Shown: positions 20,087 to 30,355, counted from the stretch's first letter. The stretch is DNA of 64,000 nucleotides from an uncultured Phycisphaerales bacterium (GCA_963755915.1 CAVWLP010000002.1:1920001-1984000); one strand, 5' to 3'. Made by a program: numbers and translations. Notes: generated from the sequence alone by a model not told the origin.

Positions 20087-21354
20087 TCACCGCGTGTGCC
20101 CATCTCCGGCGACGACCCACTTATACGTCGTCAGGTCCGCCGCCCCCATCGGCCCTCGGGCGTGCAGTTTGTCCGTGCTGATGCCGATCTCGGCGCCGAG
20201 GCCGTATTCGCCGCCGTCGGCGAAGCGGGTGCTGGCGTTGACCATGATGCTGGCGGAATCGACGTTGGTGATGAAATGGTCGATGGCGGTTTGCGAGTTC
20301 GTCAAAATCGCATCCGTATGATGGCTGCCAAATTCGTTGATGTGAGCGACGGCGGATTCGATGGAATCGACGACTTTGATGGCGATGGTGAGGCTCAGAT
20401 ATTCCAGCGGCCAATCGGATTCTGTCGCGAGTTTTGCTGAGGGAAAGAGCGCGGGTTTGCTCGTCGCCGCGGATTTCCACACCGGCGGCGGCGAGATCCT
20501 GGCAGACTTTGGGCAAAAGCGCGGCAGCGGCGTCTTTGTGGAAGAGGATTTTCTCGACGGCGTTGCAGACGGCGCCGCCGGGGTAGCTGGTCTTGGCGTT
20601 GACGCAGATTTTGCGGACTTGGTCCGCCATTTGTCCGCCGTCGGCGTGGATGTAAATGTGGCAGTTGCCCGTGAAATGCTTGAGAACCGGGATGGTCGAA
20701 TCCGCGACGACAGCGCGGATCAGGCTTTCGCCGCCGCGGGGGATGACCAGGTCGATATATTTGTCGAGCTTCAGCAGCGGGGGAATCAATGCGCGGTCGG
20801 TCGATTCGATCAGTTGGACGGCGGCGGGGTCGATGCCGCTCGATTCGAGAGACTGGGAAATAATTTTCCCGATGGCCAGGTTGGAATGGATCGCTTCCTT
20901 GCCCGCCGCGGAGGATGATGGCGTTGCCGCTTTTGATGCAGAGGGCGGCGGCGTCGCTGGTGACGTTGGGGCGGCTCTCGTAGAAGAATAGCACGACGCC
21001 GAGCGGCACGCGGATTTTGGAGATTCGCAGGCCGTTGGGGCGGACAAAGCCTTCGATGATCTGGCCGATGGGGTCGGTCTGTGCGGCGATCTGCTCAACG
21101 CCCTCGGCCATGGAGGCGAGGCGTTTCTCGTTGAGCTTGAGCCGCTCCACGAGGGCGCTTTGCATCTGCGCCTTCTGCGCCGCCTCGATATCCTTCGCAT
21201 TGGCGGCCAGAAGGGTTTCCTTCGAGGCCCGAAGCGCGGCGGCGATTTTTTTCAGCGCGGCCGATTTAACGCCGTCGCGCAGCGTGGCAAGCTGCGCGGA
21301 GGCTTTTCTGGCGGATTTGCCGAGGGTTTGGATGTATTCGGTCGTGTCCTGCAT
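20087..21354 (-). CDS. proA: Gamma-glutamyl phosphate reductase (two frameshifts, near 20900 and 20480)
   Basis: 'YESRPNVT', '[14 protein letters not shown]', 'IPRGG', 'CNAVE', '[32 protein letters not shown]' distributed over three consecutive frames. Confidence 0.93.
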
Positions 21355-21397
21355 TTCTCCTGCATTTTAGCCTCAATGATCGCTCAGAAGAAGTTGA

Positions 21398-21481
21398 ACC
21401 CCCAAGACGCTAAGAGCACAAGAAAATGGGCAATCCTTGCGATTTCTTTGTATTCCTTGGCGCTCTTGGCGCCTTGGCGGT
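21398..21481. repeat. Inverted nonamer arrays (CGCCAAG-type)
   Basis: AACCCCCAAGACGCTAAGAGCACAAG ... CTTGGCGCTCTTGGCGCCTTGGCGGT; a related half copy lies at 1621..1647. Confidence 0.75.
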
Positions 21482-21519
21482 AAATCTGAATTTGAATGTC
21501 GGACGTATAATGTGGGGAA

Positions 21520-23349
21520 ATGAACGGGAAGCGACTTATCTGGTTTGTGCTCGCGGTTCTGATGCTGCCGGGAATTTGTGCCGCGGCGATGCAGACGGCG
21601 ACGTATACGGCGATGCTGAATGCGTCGTCGCTCCAGGCGGGGCAGACGGCGGTGGCGGCGGTGGTGGTGGATATCAAGCCGGGGTTGCATGCGCAGTCGC
21701 ATACGCCGCTGACGGGGACGGGGGTGAATTACATTAAATTTGAGGTGACGCCGGATTCGAATCCGAATATCGATTTTCTGGATCCGGTTTATCCGGAGGG
21801 GAAGATTGAGGCGTTCGCGGCTCTGGGGCCGCAGAGCGTTTATATGGGAGAGGTGATTGTTTATCTGCCGATGCGGGTGAAGACAACGGCGGAGGTCGGG
21901 CCGGCGACGATTTCCGGGAAGCTGACGTGGCAGGCGTGCAACGATCACGTCTGCTTTGCACCGGCGCGGAATCAAGTCTTTACGATTGACACGTCGATCG
22001 TGCCGGCGTCGGCGCCGGTGACGCCGGTGAATCAATCGAAATTCTTGGGGTTTGATCCGCGCGTATTTGCGGCGGAGGCACCGGCGGTGGGGCAGGTGGC
22101 GCCGACGGAGTCTGTGCAACCGTCGGGGACGACGATCGATTTTTTCGGGCGGACGTTTGTGCTGGGGGCGTCGAGTCATGGGCTGGCGCTGCTGATTGCG
22201 CTGGCGGTGGGCGTGCTCTTTAATCTCATGCCGTGCGTGTTGCCGGTGCTGCCGCTGAAGGTGATCGGGTTTGTGCAGGCGTCGCAGAAGAGCCGGGCGC
22301 GGTGTTTTCTGCTGGGGTGCGTGTTCAGCCTGGGGGTGATCTGTTTTTTTGGGATTCTGGCGCAGCTTGTGGTCGTCTCGCGATTTTTGCAGTGGGGGCA
22401 GCTCTTCAGTTATGGGTGGTTTATCTGGGGCGTGGTCGTCGTGCTGCTGGCGATGGCAGCGGGGATGTTCGGACTTTTTGACGTCATTCTGCCGGCGGGG
22501 GTTTATAACGTGGCGCTGACGCACGAGACGATCCTGGGCAATTTTGTGTTTGGGATTTTCACGGCGGTGCTTTCTTCGCCATGCGTAGCGCCGATGTTTG
22601 CGGGGATCCTGGCGTGGGCGCTGGCCCAGCCGACGGCAGTGGGGGTGTCGGCTTTCCTGATGGTGGGCGTGGGGATGGCGCTGCCGTATCTGATCCTCAG
22701 CGCGTTTCCGAACCTGGTGAAGTGGATTCCGCGCAGCGGGCCGTGGTCGGGCGTGCTGAAGCAGACGATGGCGTTTTTTGTGCTGGCGGTGGCGGTTTAT
22801 TTCGCGGGCGGGAGATTTCTAGGGCGGGACCAGATTTTCTTCGCGATCTTTGTCGTGATTGCCATCGGGATGTGTTTCATGGTGGGGCGGATTGCGCTGC
22901 TTACGAAACGCGTGCGGCCGATTGCGATTTCGCTTCTGGCCGCGGCGGCCATGGTGCTGGTCTCCTACGACATAACCATGCGGTTTGTTGGGGGGCTGCT
23001 GTGGCAGCCATACACCGACCAGGCCTTTGCCGCGGCGCGGGCGAGCGGACGTCCGGTGCTGGTGGAATTCACCGCCAACTGGTGCCCGAATTGTCTGTCC
23101 ATCGAGGCATCCGTTTTTCGCGATCCGCGCACGGCGGCAGCGCTGAAGCATTATGATGTCGTGCTGATGCGAGCCGATCTGACCAGCGAAGATGCGCCCG
23201 GCTGGCCGAAGGTGAATGAGCTGAACCCCGGCGGCGGGATTCCGCTGACGGCGATTTATGCTCCGCATGGCAGCGAGCCGGATAAGCTGACCAGTTTGTA
23301 TACGACGCAGAATCTGCTCGACGCGCTGAAGGGGGCGGCGGGAGCGTGA
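21520..23349 (+). CDS. dsbD: Thiol:disulfide interchange protein, DsbD family
   Basis: Signal peptide, 'QACNDHVC' N-domain, TM 'NLMPCVLPVLPLK' and 'SPCVAP', thioredoxin 'FTANWCPNC'. Confidence 0.9.
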   Translation: MNGKRLIWFVLAVLMLPGICAAAMQTATYTAMLNASSLQAGQTAVAAVVVDIKPGLHAQSHTPLTGTGVNYIKFEVTPDSNPNIDFLDPVYPEGKIEAFAALGPQSVYMGEVIVYLPMRVKTTAEVGPATISGKLTWQACNDHVCFAPARNQVFTIDTSIVPASAPVTPVNQSKFLGFDPRVFAAEAPAVGQVAPTESVQPSGTTIDFFGRTFVLGASSHGLALLIALAVGVLFNLMPCVLPVLPLKVIGFVQASQKSRARCFLLGCVFSLGVICFFGILAQLVVVSRFLQWGQLFSYGWFIWGVVVVLLAMAAGMFGLFDVILPAGVYNVALTHETILGNFVFGIFTAVLSSPCVAPMFAGILAWALAQPTAVGVSAFLMVGVGMALPYLILSAFPNLVKWIPRSGPWSGVLKQTMAFFVLAVAVYFAGGRFLGRDQIFFAIFVVIAIGMCFMVGRIALLTKRVRPIAISLLAAAAMVLVSYDITMRFVGGLLWQPYTDQAFAAARASGRPVLVEFTANWCPNCLSIEASVFRDPRTAAALKHYDVVLMRADLTSEDAPGWPKVNELNPGGGIPLTAIYAPHGSEPDKLTSLYTTQNLLDALKGAAGA

Positions 23350-23357
23350 AGCGGGGG

Positions 23358-23396
23358 ATTGCCAATTGCCTATTTCCTATTGCCTATTTTCAAATT
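23358..23396. repeat. Heptamer tandem array (ATTGCCW-like)
   Basis: attgcca attgcct atttcct attgcct attttca. Confidence 0.65.
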
Positions 23397-23535
23397 CCCT
23401 TTTTGTTTTGCGTGTTTGCTGAAGGGTTCATTTCCTGCGTGGCGTTCTCATCGTCATTTCTCGCATTGGGCCGCTGAATCATTTAGAATCGCGCGGCGAA
23501 GATAGTTCGGGCGGGGACAAGCGAGGAGACGCTCA

Positions 23536-24531
23536 ATGAACAAGGGAGTCTGGGTCATTTTCATCGTCATTGTTGTCGCCGCGGTGGCGCTGATCGCGTT
23601 TCGCAAGGAGCAGTCTGAGACGGCTGTACCGACGACGCAGCAAGCCGCGCAGCTTACGCTGGCGGTTATCCCCAAGGGGACGACGCATGCCTATTGGAAA
23701 TCGGTGGAGGCCGGAGCCGAGCAGGCGGGGAAGGAACTCGGCGTCAATATCATCTATAAGGGGCCGATGCTGGAGGACGATCGGGCGGGGCAGATTTCGC
23801 TCGTCGAGCAGTTTGCGTCCGGCAACGTGAATGGGATCGTGCTGGCTCCGCTGGATGACACGGCTCTGCTGCCGCCGGTGCAGACCGCGATGCAGAAAAA
23901 TATCCCGGTGGTGATCATCGATTCGTCCCTCAAGGGAGACGCGGGGAAGGATTTTGTCTGCTACGTCGGCACCAACAACACGGCCGCCGGAAAGCTCGGC
24001 GGCGAAGAGCTGGCGAAACTTCTGCGCGGAAAGGGGAAGTATGTGCTTCTGCGATACGCCGTGGGCTCGGCCAGCACGATTCAGCGCGAAGACGGGTTTC
24101 TTAGCGCGATGGACGAGAATCCTGCAATGACCGCGCTGGTGAAGGATCGCTATGCCGGCGCCACGGTCGATCAGGCGCAGACGGCTTCGATGAATCTCCT
24201 CTCCGAGATCAAGCAGGCAGATGGCATTTTCTGCCCGAACGAATCGACGACCCTGGGCATGCTCAACACCCTCGAGCAGAACAACCTGGCTGGGAAAATT
24301 CATTTCGTGGGATTCGACGCCACGCCGGAGCTGGTCGATGCGCTCAAGAAAGGCGAGATCGATGCCCTGGTTTCGCAGGATCCAACGAAGATGGGATATG
24401 AAGGGGTGAAGGCGTGCGTCGATTCGATTCATGGAATCGCTCAGCCGCCGGTGACGGACAGCGGGGTTCAACTGATCACGCGCGACAATCTGGATACGCC
24501 GGAGGTTCAGAAGCTTCTTTCGGGGAGCTAA
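23536..24531 (+). CDS. Sugar ABC transporter substrate-binding protein (RbsB-like)
   Basis: 'VIPKGTTHAYW', 'IPVVIIDS', 'GTNN..AG', 'FCPNES', 'VGFD', 'QDP.KMGY'. Confidence 0.92.
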   Translation: MNKGVWVIFIVIVVAAVALIAFRKEQSETAVPTTQQAAQLTLAVIPKGTTHAYWKSVEAGAEQAGKELGVNIIYKGPMLEDDRAGQISLVEQFASGNVNGIVLAPLDDTALLPPVQTAMQKNIPVVIIDSSLKGDAGKDFVCYVGTNNTAAGKLGGEELAKLLRGKGKYVLLRYAVGSASTIQREDGFLSAMDENPAMTALVKDRYAGATVDQAQTASMNLLSEIKQADGIFCPNESTTLGMLNTLEQNNLAGKIHFVGFDATPELVDALKKGEIDALVSQDPTKMGYEGVKACVDSIHGIAQPPVTDSGVQLITRDNLDTPEVQKLLSGS

Positions 24532-24541
24532 TGCCCGCCAC

Positions 24542-26050
24542 ATGACTCACCTGGCTCAGACAACACAATTTGCAGGTCCCCGGCTTCGGATGCAGGGCGT
24601 GCGGAAACGATTCGGCGCCACCGTTGCACTCGACGGGGTCGATCTACAGGTCAGCGGCGGAGAGGTGCTGGCGCTCGTGGGAGAAAACGGAGCGGGCAAG
24701 AGCACGCTCATGAAGGTGATCTCCGGAGCGCACGCGCCCGATGAGGGTGAGATGTGGCTCGATGGAGAGTCCTATGCCCCGCGCGATCCACTGGAAGCGC
24801 GCCGTCGCGGCGTGGCGATGATTTATCAGGAGCTGTCGGTTGCGAAAGATCTGACAGTGATGGAGAACATGCTTCTGGGGATGGAGCCGACCAATGGCCC
24901 ATTCGTTCGCTGGGCGGAAATGAAGCGACAGGCGGCGGGGGCGATGGCGCAGCTTGGCAGGCCCGACATCGATCCGGCCGCGCCGCTGAGCAAGCTCTCC
25001 CTGGCCGAGAGGCAGCTCGTCGAGATCGGGCGGGCGATCTGCGTGGGGTGCCGGGTGCTGGTGCTCGATGAACCGACGAGCAGCCTGACGCAATCGGATA
25101 TCCGGCACTTGTTCGATCTCGTCCGCCGGCTGCGCGCTTCGGGGATGGCGATCATTTACATCTCCCATTTCCTCGAAGAGGTTCGCGAAATTTCCGATCG
25201 CTTCGAGGTTCTGCGAGATGGAAAAAGCGTTGGCGGTGGGGCGACGGCGCAGAGCGATACGGCCCGAATCATTTCGATGATGGTGGGACGCTCGGTGGAT
25301 GATCTTTATCCCCGGTCAGCACGCAAGCAGGGAGAGGCGGTTCTGGAGATCACCGATCTTGCCGGCCAGACCAAGCCGGTCGATGCCAGCCTCACGCTGC
25401 ATCGCGGCGAAATCGTGGGAATCGCGGGCTTGGTCGGGGCAGGCCGAACGGAATTTCTCCGGGCGATCTTCGGGCTCGCCCCCGTGAAGAGCGGCGAGAT
25501 TCGGCTCGGCGCCTACGTCGGCCCGGCGTCGCCGGCGCACCGCTGGGCCGAGGGGATGGGCCTGCTCAGCGAAGATCGGAAAGAAGAAGGCCTCGCCGTC
25601 GATCTAAGCCTCGCGGATAACGTGACGATGACCCGTTTGGGCTGGCTCGTCAGCCCCAGCCGCCAGGCCCAGGAGACGCGCGAGTGGATTCGCCGCCTGG
25701 CGATTCGCTGCCGGTCCCCCAGGCAGGCGGTGAGCGATCTGTCCGGCGGAAATCAGCAGAAGATCGCCATCGCGCGCCTCCTTCGCCATGACGTGGATGT
25801 CTTTCTGCTCGATGAGCCAACGCGCGGCATCGACGTGGGCTCCAAGGCGCAGATTTATCAGCTCATCGACGAACTTGCCTGCAAGGGAAAGGCGATCCTG
25901 ATGGTGAGCAGTTATCTGCCGGAGCTTTTGGGCGTGTGCGACCGCATTGCGGTGATGTGCAAGGGCCGCATGGCCCGGACCACCCCGGTCGAAAAGACCA
26001 ACGAACATCAGATTATGTTGGAAGCGACCGGCGCTGCGGAGGCGAGATGA
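24542..26050 (+). CDS. Sugar ABC transporter ATP-binding protein (RbsA-like, two NBDs)
   Basis: GENGAGKST, LDEPT, LSGGNQQK, LDEPTRGIDVG. Confidence 0.95.
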   Translation: MTHLAQTTQFAGPRLRMQGVRKRFGATVALDGVDLQVSGGEVLALVGENGAGKSTLMKVISGAHAPDEGEMWLDGESYAPRDPLEARRRGVAMIYQELSVAKDLTVMENMLLGMEPTNGPFVRWAEMKRQAAGAMAQLGRPDIDPAAPLSKLSLAERQLVEIGRAICVGCRVLVLDEPTSSLTQSDIRHLFDLVRRLRASGMAIIYISHFLEEVREISDRFEVLRDGKSVGGGATAQSDTARIISMMVGRSVDDLYPRSARKQGEAVLEITDLAGQTKPVDASLTLHRGEIVGIAGLVGAGRTEFLRAIFGLAPVKSGEIRLGAYVGPASPAHRWAEGMGLLSEDRKEEGLAVDLSLADNVTMTRLGWLVSPSRQAQETREWIRRLAIRCRSPRQAVSDLSGGNQQKIAIARLLRHDVDVFLLDEPTRGIDVGSKAQIYQLIDELACKGKAILMVSSYLPELLGVCDRIAVMCKGRMARTTPVEKTNEHQIMLEATGAAEAR

Positions 26051-27057
26051 CAGCCACAAGTTCGCCGCCGGATGCGCCGGCAAAAGGTTCGGCCGGACAA
26101 ACTTTCAGCGCTATTGGCGCAATCGGTCCGATCGTCGGGCTGTTCTTCGTTTTTGCCCTCTTCGCGATCCTTTCGCCGCGGAATTTTCTCAGCACCGAGA
26201 ATTTTGAGATCATCATGCTCACCACCGCCGTCGTCGGGACCGCGGCGCTCGGGTCGACGATCATCATCATTTCCGGCGGCATCGATCTTTCCGTGGGATC
26301 AAATATCGCCATGTGCACCGTCGTGATCGCCCTGTGCCGGCGAAGCGATTGGCCGCCGATCGCCGCCGTAATGTGTGGAATCCTCGCCGGCGCGGCGGTA
26401 GGGCTGGTGATCGGGGTACTGGTAACCCAGCTTCGGCTCCCCTCGTTTATTGTCACCCTGGGGCTTTGGGGCGGTGTGCGCGGTTTTGCCAAGTGGCTCG
26501 CCTCCGGCACCACCATCTATGAACCCTCCGGCTGGGTCGGGCATCTTTTGCACATGCTCGGGCCCCAGGAAAGATGGATGATCGTCCCGCCCGGCGTCTG
26601 GCTCCTGATCTTTCTCACCTTGTTTGTGGCTGCCGTTTTGAAATTCACCCGCTTCGGCCGTCATATATTTGCGATTGGTTCCAACGAGCAGACCGCAAGA
26701 CTTTGTGGCGTCCCGATCGCCCGCACCAAAATACTCATCTTTATCTTTGCTACCTTCTTTGCCGGGATCGCCGGGGTTCTCCAGTTTTCTTTTTTGAACA
26801 ACCTGGGCGACCCCACCACCGCCAATGGCTACGAACTAAGCGCCATCGCCGCCGTGGTTATCGGCGGCGCAAGCCTTTCCGGGGGTAAGGGAAGCGTTTT
26901 CGGAACTTTGGTCGGCGCCGTCCTCATGAGCATGGTCACCAACGGGTGCAGCCAACTTCAGATCAGCAATGCGGTTCAGGACATGGTGACCGGCGGCATC
27001 ATCATCGCCGCCGCCGCCTTCGATCAATTCCGCCAGCCCCACGCCAATGTTAAGTAA
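26047..27057 (+). CDS. Sugar ABC transporter permease (RbsC-like)
   Basis: 'GGIDLSVGS', 'SFIVTLG', 'GRHIFAIGSN', 'IAAVVIGGASLSGGKG'; ATGA overlap with the ATPase gene. Confidence 0.93.
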   Translation: MTATSSPPDAPAKGSAGQTFSAIGAIGPIVGLFFVFALFAILSPRNFLSTENFEIIMLTTAVVGTAALGSTIIIISGGIDLSVGSNIAMCTVVIALCRRSDWPPIAAVMCGILAGAAVGLVIGVLVTQLRLPSFIVTLGLWGGVRGFAKWLASGTTIYEPSGWVGHLLHMLGPQERWMIVPPGVWLLIFLTLFVAAVLKFTRFGRHIFAIGSNEQTARLCGVPIARTKILIFIFATFFAGIAGVLQFSFLNNLGDPTTANGYELSAIAAVVIGGASLSGGKGSVFGTLVGAVLMSMVTNGCSQLQISNAVQDMVTGGIIIAAAAFDQFRQPHANVK

Positions 27058-27187
27058 AAATATTCACCGATGACGCGCTGTTGAACCGCGCTGTAATTTG
27101 CAAAAAGCTTGACCGCCCGTGCTATACTTAAACGTGCCGGGAAATGGACTGCCCGGCGGCGTTCGCAACGCATGGAGCAACCCTATC

Positions 27188-27988
27188 ATGAGCCGTTCTG
27201 AAAACCGGTCCCGCGATGAAGGCAAAATGTCCAGCGCGGATATTACGCCCGTCCTCAAGGGCTGGGATTACGAGCCGGGCACCATCAACGTCCGAAAAAT
27301 CAGCGGCAACGACGGCCAGCCCAAACTCCAGATGCGCGTCGACCTCGGCGTCCTGCAAATGGAAATGACCGGCCGCCCCGACGGCGCCAAGCCCCACGGC
27401 TGCGAATCCCTCCTCGAATTCCACGAACGCGAGCTTAACGAATACCGCCTCCGCCACGGCAGCGAAATGGGCTTCCAGATCGACCGCAACGATTGCCAGG
27501 CCCTGCGCGATGAAGCGGTGATGTATTACCAGCGCTACCTCGGCCTGTTTGTGCTCGAGGATTTCGTGGCCGTCATGCGCGACACCGCCCGCAACCTGCG
27601 CGTGCTGGACCTCTGCTTCAAATTCGCCAGCGACGAGCACGACCGGATTATTCTGGAGCAATATCGCCCCTACATCATCATGATGAACAGCCGGGCAGAG
27701 GCGTCGATCCATTTCAACAACAAGGAATACAAGCCCGCGCTGGTGGTGGTTGAGCGCGGCCTGGAAAACATCCGCACGTTCTTCACCAAGTTCGAGCAGG
27801 ACGATGCCTTTGCCAAATCGAATGAGGTGCGGATACTGAAAAAATTCGCCCACGAAATCCGCCGCAAGATTCCCCTCGACCCGATGGAGAAACTCCAGCA
27901 GCAGCTCGACAAGGCGGTGAAAACCGAGCGCTACGAAGAGGCCGCCAAGCTGCGCGACCAGATCCGCAGGCTGCAGGCGTCGGCCTGA
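27188..27988 (+). CDS. UvrB/UvrC-motif-containing protein
   Basis: C-terminal UVR motif 'LDKAVKTERYEEAAKLRDQI'; 'LQMRVDLGVLQMEMTGRPDG' N-region. Start could be 27227. Confidence 0.8.
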   Translation: MSRSENRSRDEGKMSSADITPVLKGWDYEPGTINVRKISGNDGQPKLQMRVDLGVLQMEMTGRPDGAKPHGCESLLEFHERELNEYRLRHGSEMGFQIDRNDCQALRDEAVMYYQRYLGLFVLEDFVAVMRDTARNLRVLDLCFKFASDEHDRIILEQYRPYIIMMNSRAEASIHFNNKEYKPALVVVERGLENIRTFFTKFEQDDAFAKSNEVRILKKFAHEIRRKIPLDPMEKLQQQLDKAVKTERYEEAAKLRDQIRRLQASA

Positions 27989-28093
27989 TGAGTTGGGTCC
28001 GTTCTCCGCGCCTATTCTGCAACTGGAATCCATCAACCGATTGATGTAACTTCTTGTTCCCGGCTTCGTGCATGTTGATGCCTGGAGCGCGTT

Positions 28094-28164
28094 TGGGGAA
28101 TGGTGTAACGGTAGCACAGCAGACTCTGGATCTGCTTGTCTAGGTTCGAATCCTAGTTCCCCAG
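28094..28164 (+). tRNA. tRNA-Gln (CTG anticodon), CCA not encoded
   Basis: Acceptor TGGGGAA/TTCCCCA, anticodon arm GCAGA-CTCTGGA-TCTGC, T arm CTAGG-TTCGAAT-CCTAG. Confidence 0.97.
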
Positions 28165-28221
28165 TTGCTTTCCTCCCTCCAAAGTAGTAGAAATTCCTAG
28201 GGAAAATTGAAATTCGGAATT

Positions 28222-28265
28222 TGCCCCCAAAGCTTCTCAAGCGGTTTGGGGGCAATTTGGGGGCA
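28222..28265. repeat. Probable integrase arm-type binding sites
   Basis: TGCCCCCAAA (28222..28231, inverted) and TTTGGGGGCA twice (28245..28254, 28256..28265) between tRNA and integrase. Confidence 0.65.
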
Positions 28266-28302
28266 GCATTGCGGGTGCGTTGCATCTGCGTTGGGAGAAG
28301 CT

Positions 28303-29523
28303 ATGGCATGGCTTGAAAAACGTGGTGGCAGCTTCCGCGTCTGCTTTCGCTACGCCGGGCGAAAGTACCGGCACGAGTTAAAGACAGAAAATGAACGCGA
28401 AGCAAACGGGCTGCTCGGCCGATTGGAGGACAACCTGATTCTCTTGGAGCGTGGCAAGCTCGATCCGCCGGCGGATGGCGAATTGGCTCTGTTCCTGCTC
28501 TCGGATGGAAAGATCAGCGAAAAGCCCAAGGTAGAGGTTTCCGTGCGGTTGGCAGCCTTTTTTGACCGATACAGGAAGGAATTTCCGGCGGGAGCGAAAG
28601 AAACAAATACCCGCTATACCGAGGAAGTTCACATGCGGAATCTGGAACGGTTGATCGGCGCCAAATTCGGCGTTCGCTCCATCTCGACGGAGACGCTTCA
28701 GCAGTACGTCAACGAACGATCTAAAGAGACTGGTAGAAACGGCGAGCCGCTCAGTCACAAGACGATCCAGAAGGAAATCGGCAGCTTCGCAAGCATCTGG
28801 AACAAATGGGGGATAAAAGCGGGGCTTGTCGCCGGACGAGCACCCACGAGAGGGCTTATCTACAACAAGACGAAGGCCGCCCATCCGTTCCAGACGTGGC
28901 AGCAAATCGAGCAACGCATCAAGCGCGGCGGCCTCTCGACCGCCCAGAAAGATGAGTTGTGGGATAGCCTCTTTCTCTCGGTCGAGCAAACTGAGGAGCT
29001 GTTGGCGGATGTGAAGAAGATCGGCCGCTTCGAGTTCGTCTATCCGATGTTTGCCTTTGCGGCGTACACCGGCGCCCGCCGATCCGAAATTCTGCGGGCG
29101 GAAATCGATGACCTGGATTTCGACGGCGGGATGGTTCGCATCCGTGAAAAGAAGAAGGATAAGACGAGAGCTTTTACCTTCCGTTTTGTGCCGCTTTCGG
29201 CGTCCCTTCAGGCAGTAGTGAAGTCCTGGATGGAGCATCACCCTGTCGGGCAATTCGTCATCTGCGATGAGACCGGAAGCCCTCTGACGCCCCAAATGGC
29301 CGCTCATCATTTCAGGTGGGCTGTCGAGGGGACAAAATGGGATGTACTTCGGGGCTGGCACGTTCTCCGGCACTCGTTCATTTCCAATTGTGCCGCGAAA
29401 GGCATCGATCAGCGAATGATTGACGCCTGGGTAGGACACACAACCGCGGAAATGGCGGCTCGATACCGCCATCTCTTTCCAGAGCCGCAGCGGGAAGCGA
29501 TGAAACTTGTCTTCGGGAAGTAG
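28303..29523 (+). CDS. Tyrosine recombinase / phage-type integrase
   Basis: 'YTGARRSE', 'HVLRHSF', 'WVGH', 'RY.H' catalytic motifs; GGAG RBS; adjacent to tRNA. Confidence 0.95.
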   Translation: MAWLEKRGGSFRVCFRYAGRKYRHELKTENEREANGLLGRLEDNLILLERGKLDPPADGELALFLLSDGKISEKPKVEVSVRLAAFFDRYRKEFPAGAKETNTRYTEEVHMRNLERLIGAKFGVRSISTETLQQYVNERSKETGRNGEPLSHKTIQKEIGSFASIWNKWGIKAGLVAGRAPTRGLIYNKTKAAHPFQTWQQIEQRIKRGGLSTAQKDELWDSLFLSVEQTEELLADVKKIGRFEFVYPMFAFAAYTGARRSEILRAEIDDLDFDGGMVRIREKKKDKTRAFTFRFVPLSASLQAVVKSWMEHHPVGQFVICDETGSPLTPQMAAHHFRWAVEGTKWDVLRGWHVLRHSFISNCAAKGIDQRMIDAWVGHTTAEMAARYRHLFPEPQREAMKLVFGK

Positions 29524-29580
29524 GGAACTACAGCAGCACTGGAAGTGCTGCTTTTTCGTGTGGCGCGACGATTAGGTATC

Positions 29581-30069
29581 ATGCTGGCCGTGGCACCAGC
29601 CGAATCATGTCGGGATTGTGGAAAAGTCATCACCGGCCGAGCAAGGGCAGATGTCTGGCAAGGGGAATTGATCCTTTGCTCCGGCTGTTACCGCGACCGG
29701 AAAAACCACCAGAAATTTCTGAAACGCATTCCCGAACTAACGGCCGCATTGACGGGTTGGCCGGACAAATTGTGGCTCGTCCGTAACGGGCGAGAAGAAT
29801 TGGGACCATTCACGACCAGTCAACTGACCGATCTGTTAAAAAAGCGGCGCGTGGATTGGAACTGGAACATTTGGCGGGAGGGAATGAAAGCTTGGACGCC
29901 GGCGGCGAGACTGTTCACGATGCCAGAATTGGACCGTGGCCGGGAGATTCAGCTTCGAGAATTTATTTCGCCACGTCCCTACTTTCCCCGCTCGAAAATC
30001 CAGAAACGCAGATGGTGGCTGACATTATTCGAGAAGTTTTTTTTGGCAAAAAGACGGCATCGGGGATGA
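29581..30069 (+). CDS. GYF_2 (DUF4339) domain protein
   Basis: 'WLVRNGREELGPFTTSQL...IWREGMKAWTPA' plus N-terminal CxxC...CxxC. Confidence 0.7.
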   Translation: MLAVAPAESCRDCGKVITGRARADVWQGELILCSGCYRDRKNHQKFLKRIPELTAALTGWPDKLWLVRNGREELGPFTTSQLTDLLKKRRVDWNWNIWREGMKAWTPAARLFTMPELDRGREIQLREFISPRPYFPRSKIQKRRWWLTLFEKFFLAKRRHRG

Positions 30070-30086
30070 CTTTTGCGACAGGCCGC

Positions 30087-30308
30087 CTATCGACCCTTCG
30101 CTCGCAAAAGTTCCGGAGGATGCACCCTAAGCGCCTTTGCCAGCTTGCCTAAGGTGCGAAGGGTAAGGTTTTCTTCTGCCCGCTCAATGGCGCCGACATA
30201 GGTACGATGAAGATTACATTTGGCCGCGAACTCTTCCTGTGACCAGCCGCGCTCTTTTCGTAGCTTTCTGACGACTTTTGCTACAATCTTGATCGAATCA
30301 TCTTGCAC
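30087..30308 (-). CDS. XRE-family HTH regulator, C-protein-like
   Basis: 'LRKERGWSQEEFA...LHRTYVGAIERAEENLTL..LGKLAKAL'. Confidence 0.9.
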   Translation of the reverse strand: MQDDSIKIVAKVVRKLRKERGWSQEEFAAKCNLHRTYVGAIERAEENLTLRTLGKLAKALRVHPPELLRAKGR

Positions 30309-30330
30309 GGCAGCAAAATGCCGTTAGGAT

Positions 30331-30355
30331 GGGTATAGCTCTACAGGGTATACCT
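30331..30355. promoter_or_regulatory. Putative dual operator of the XRE regulator
   Basis: GGGTATAGCT-CTACA-GGGTATACCT: two TATA-centred boxes with 15-bp period, ~22 bp upstream of the XRE start. Confidence 0.5.

Noticed and set aside
20087-21354. proA (and kinase, dehydrogenase, cusA) as true pseudogenes or programmed frameshifts
   Set aside because: Breaks lie in homopolymer or short-repeat contexts without slippery-site signatures, and the proteins are otherwise conserved; sequencing error is more parsimonious.
27128-28285. 385-aa minus-strand ORF spanning the tRNA
   Set aside because: Antisense to the UVR-motif gene and tRNA-Gln; no independent coding signal.
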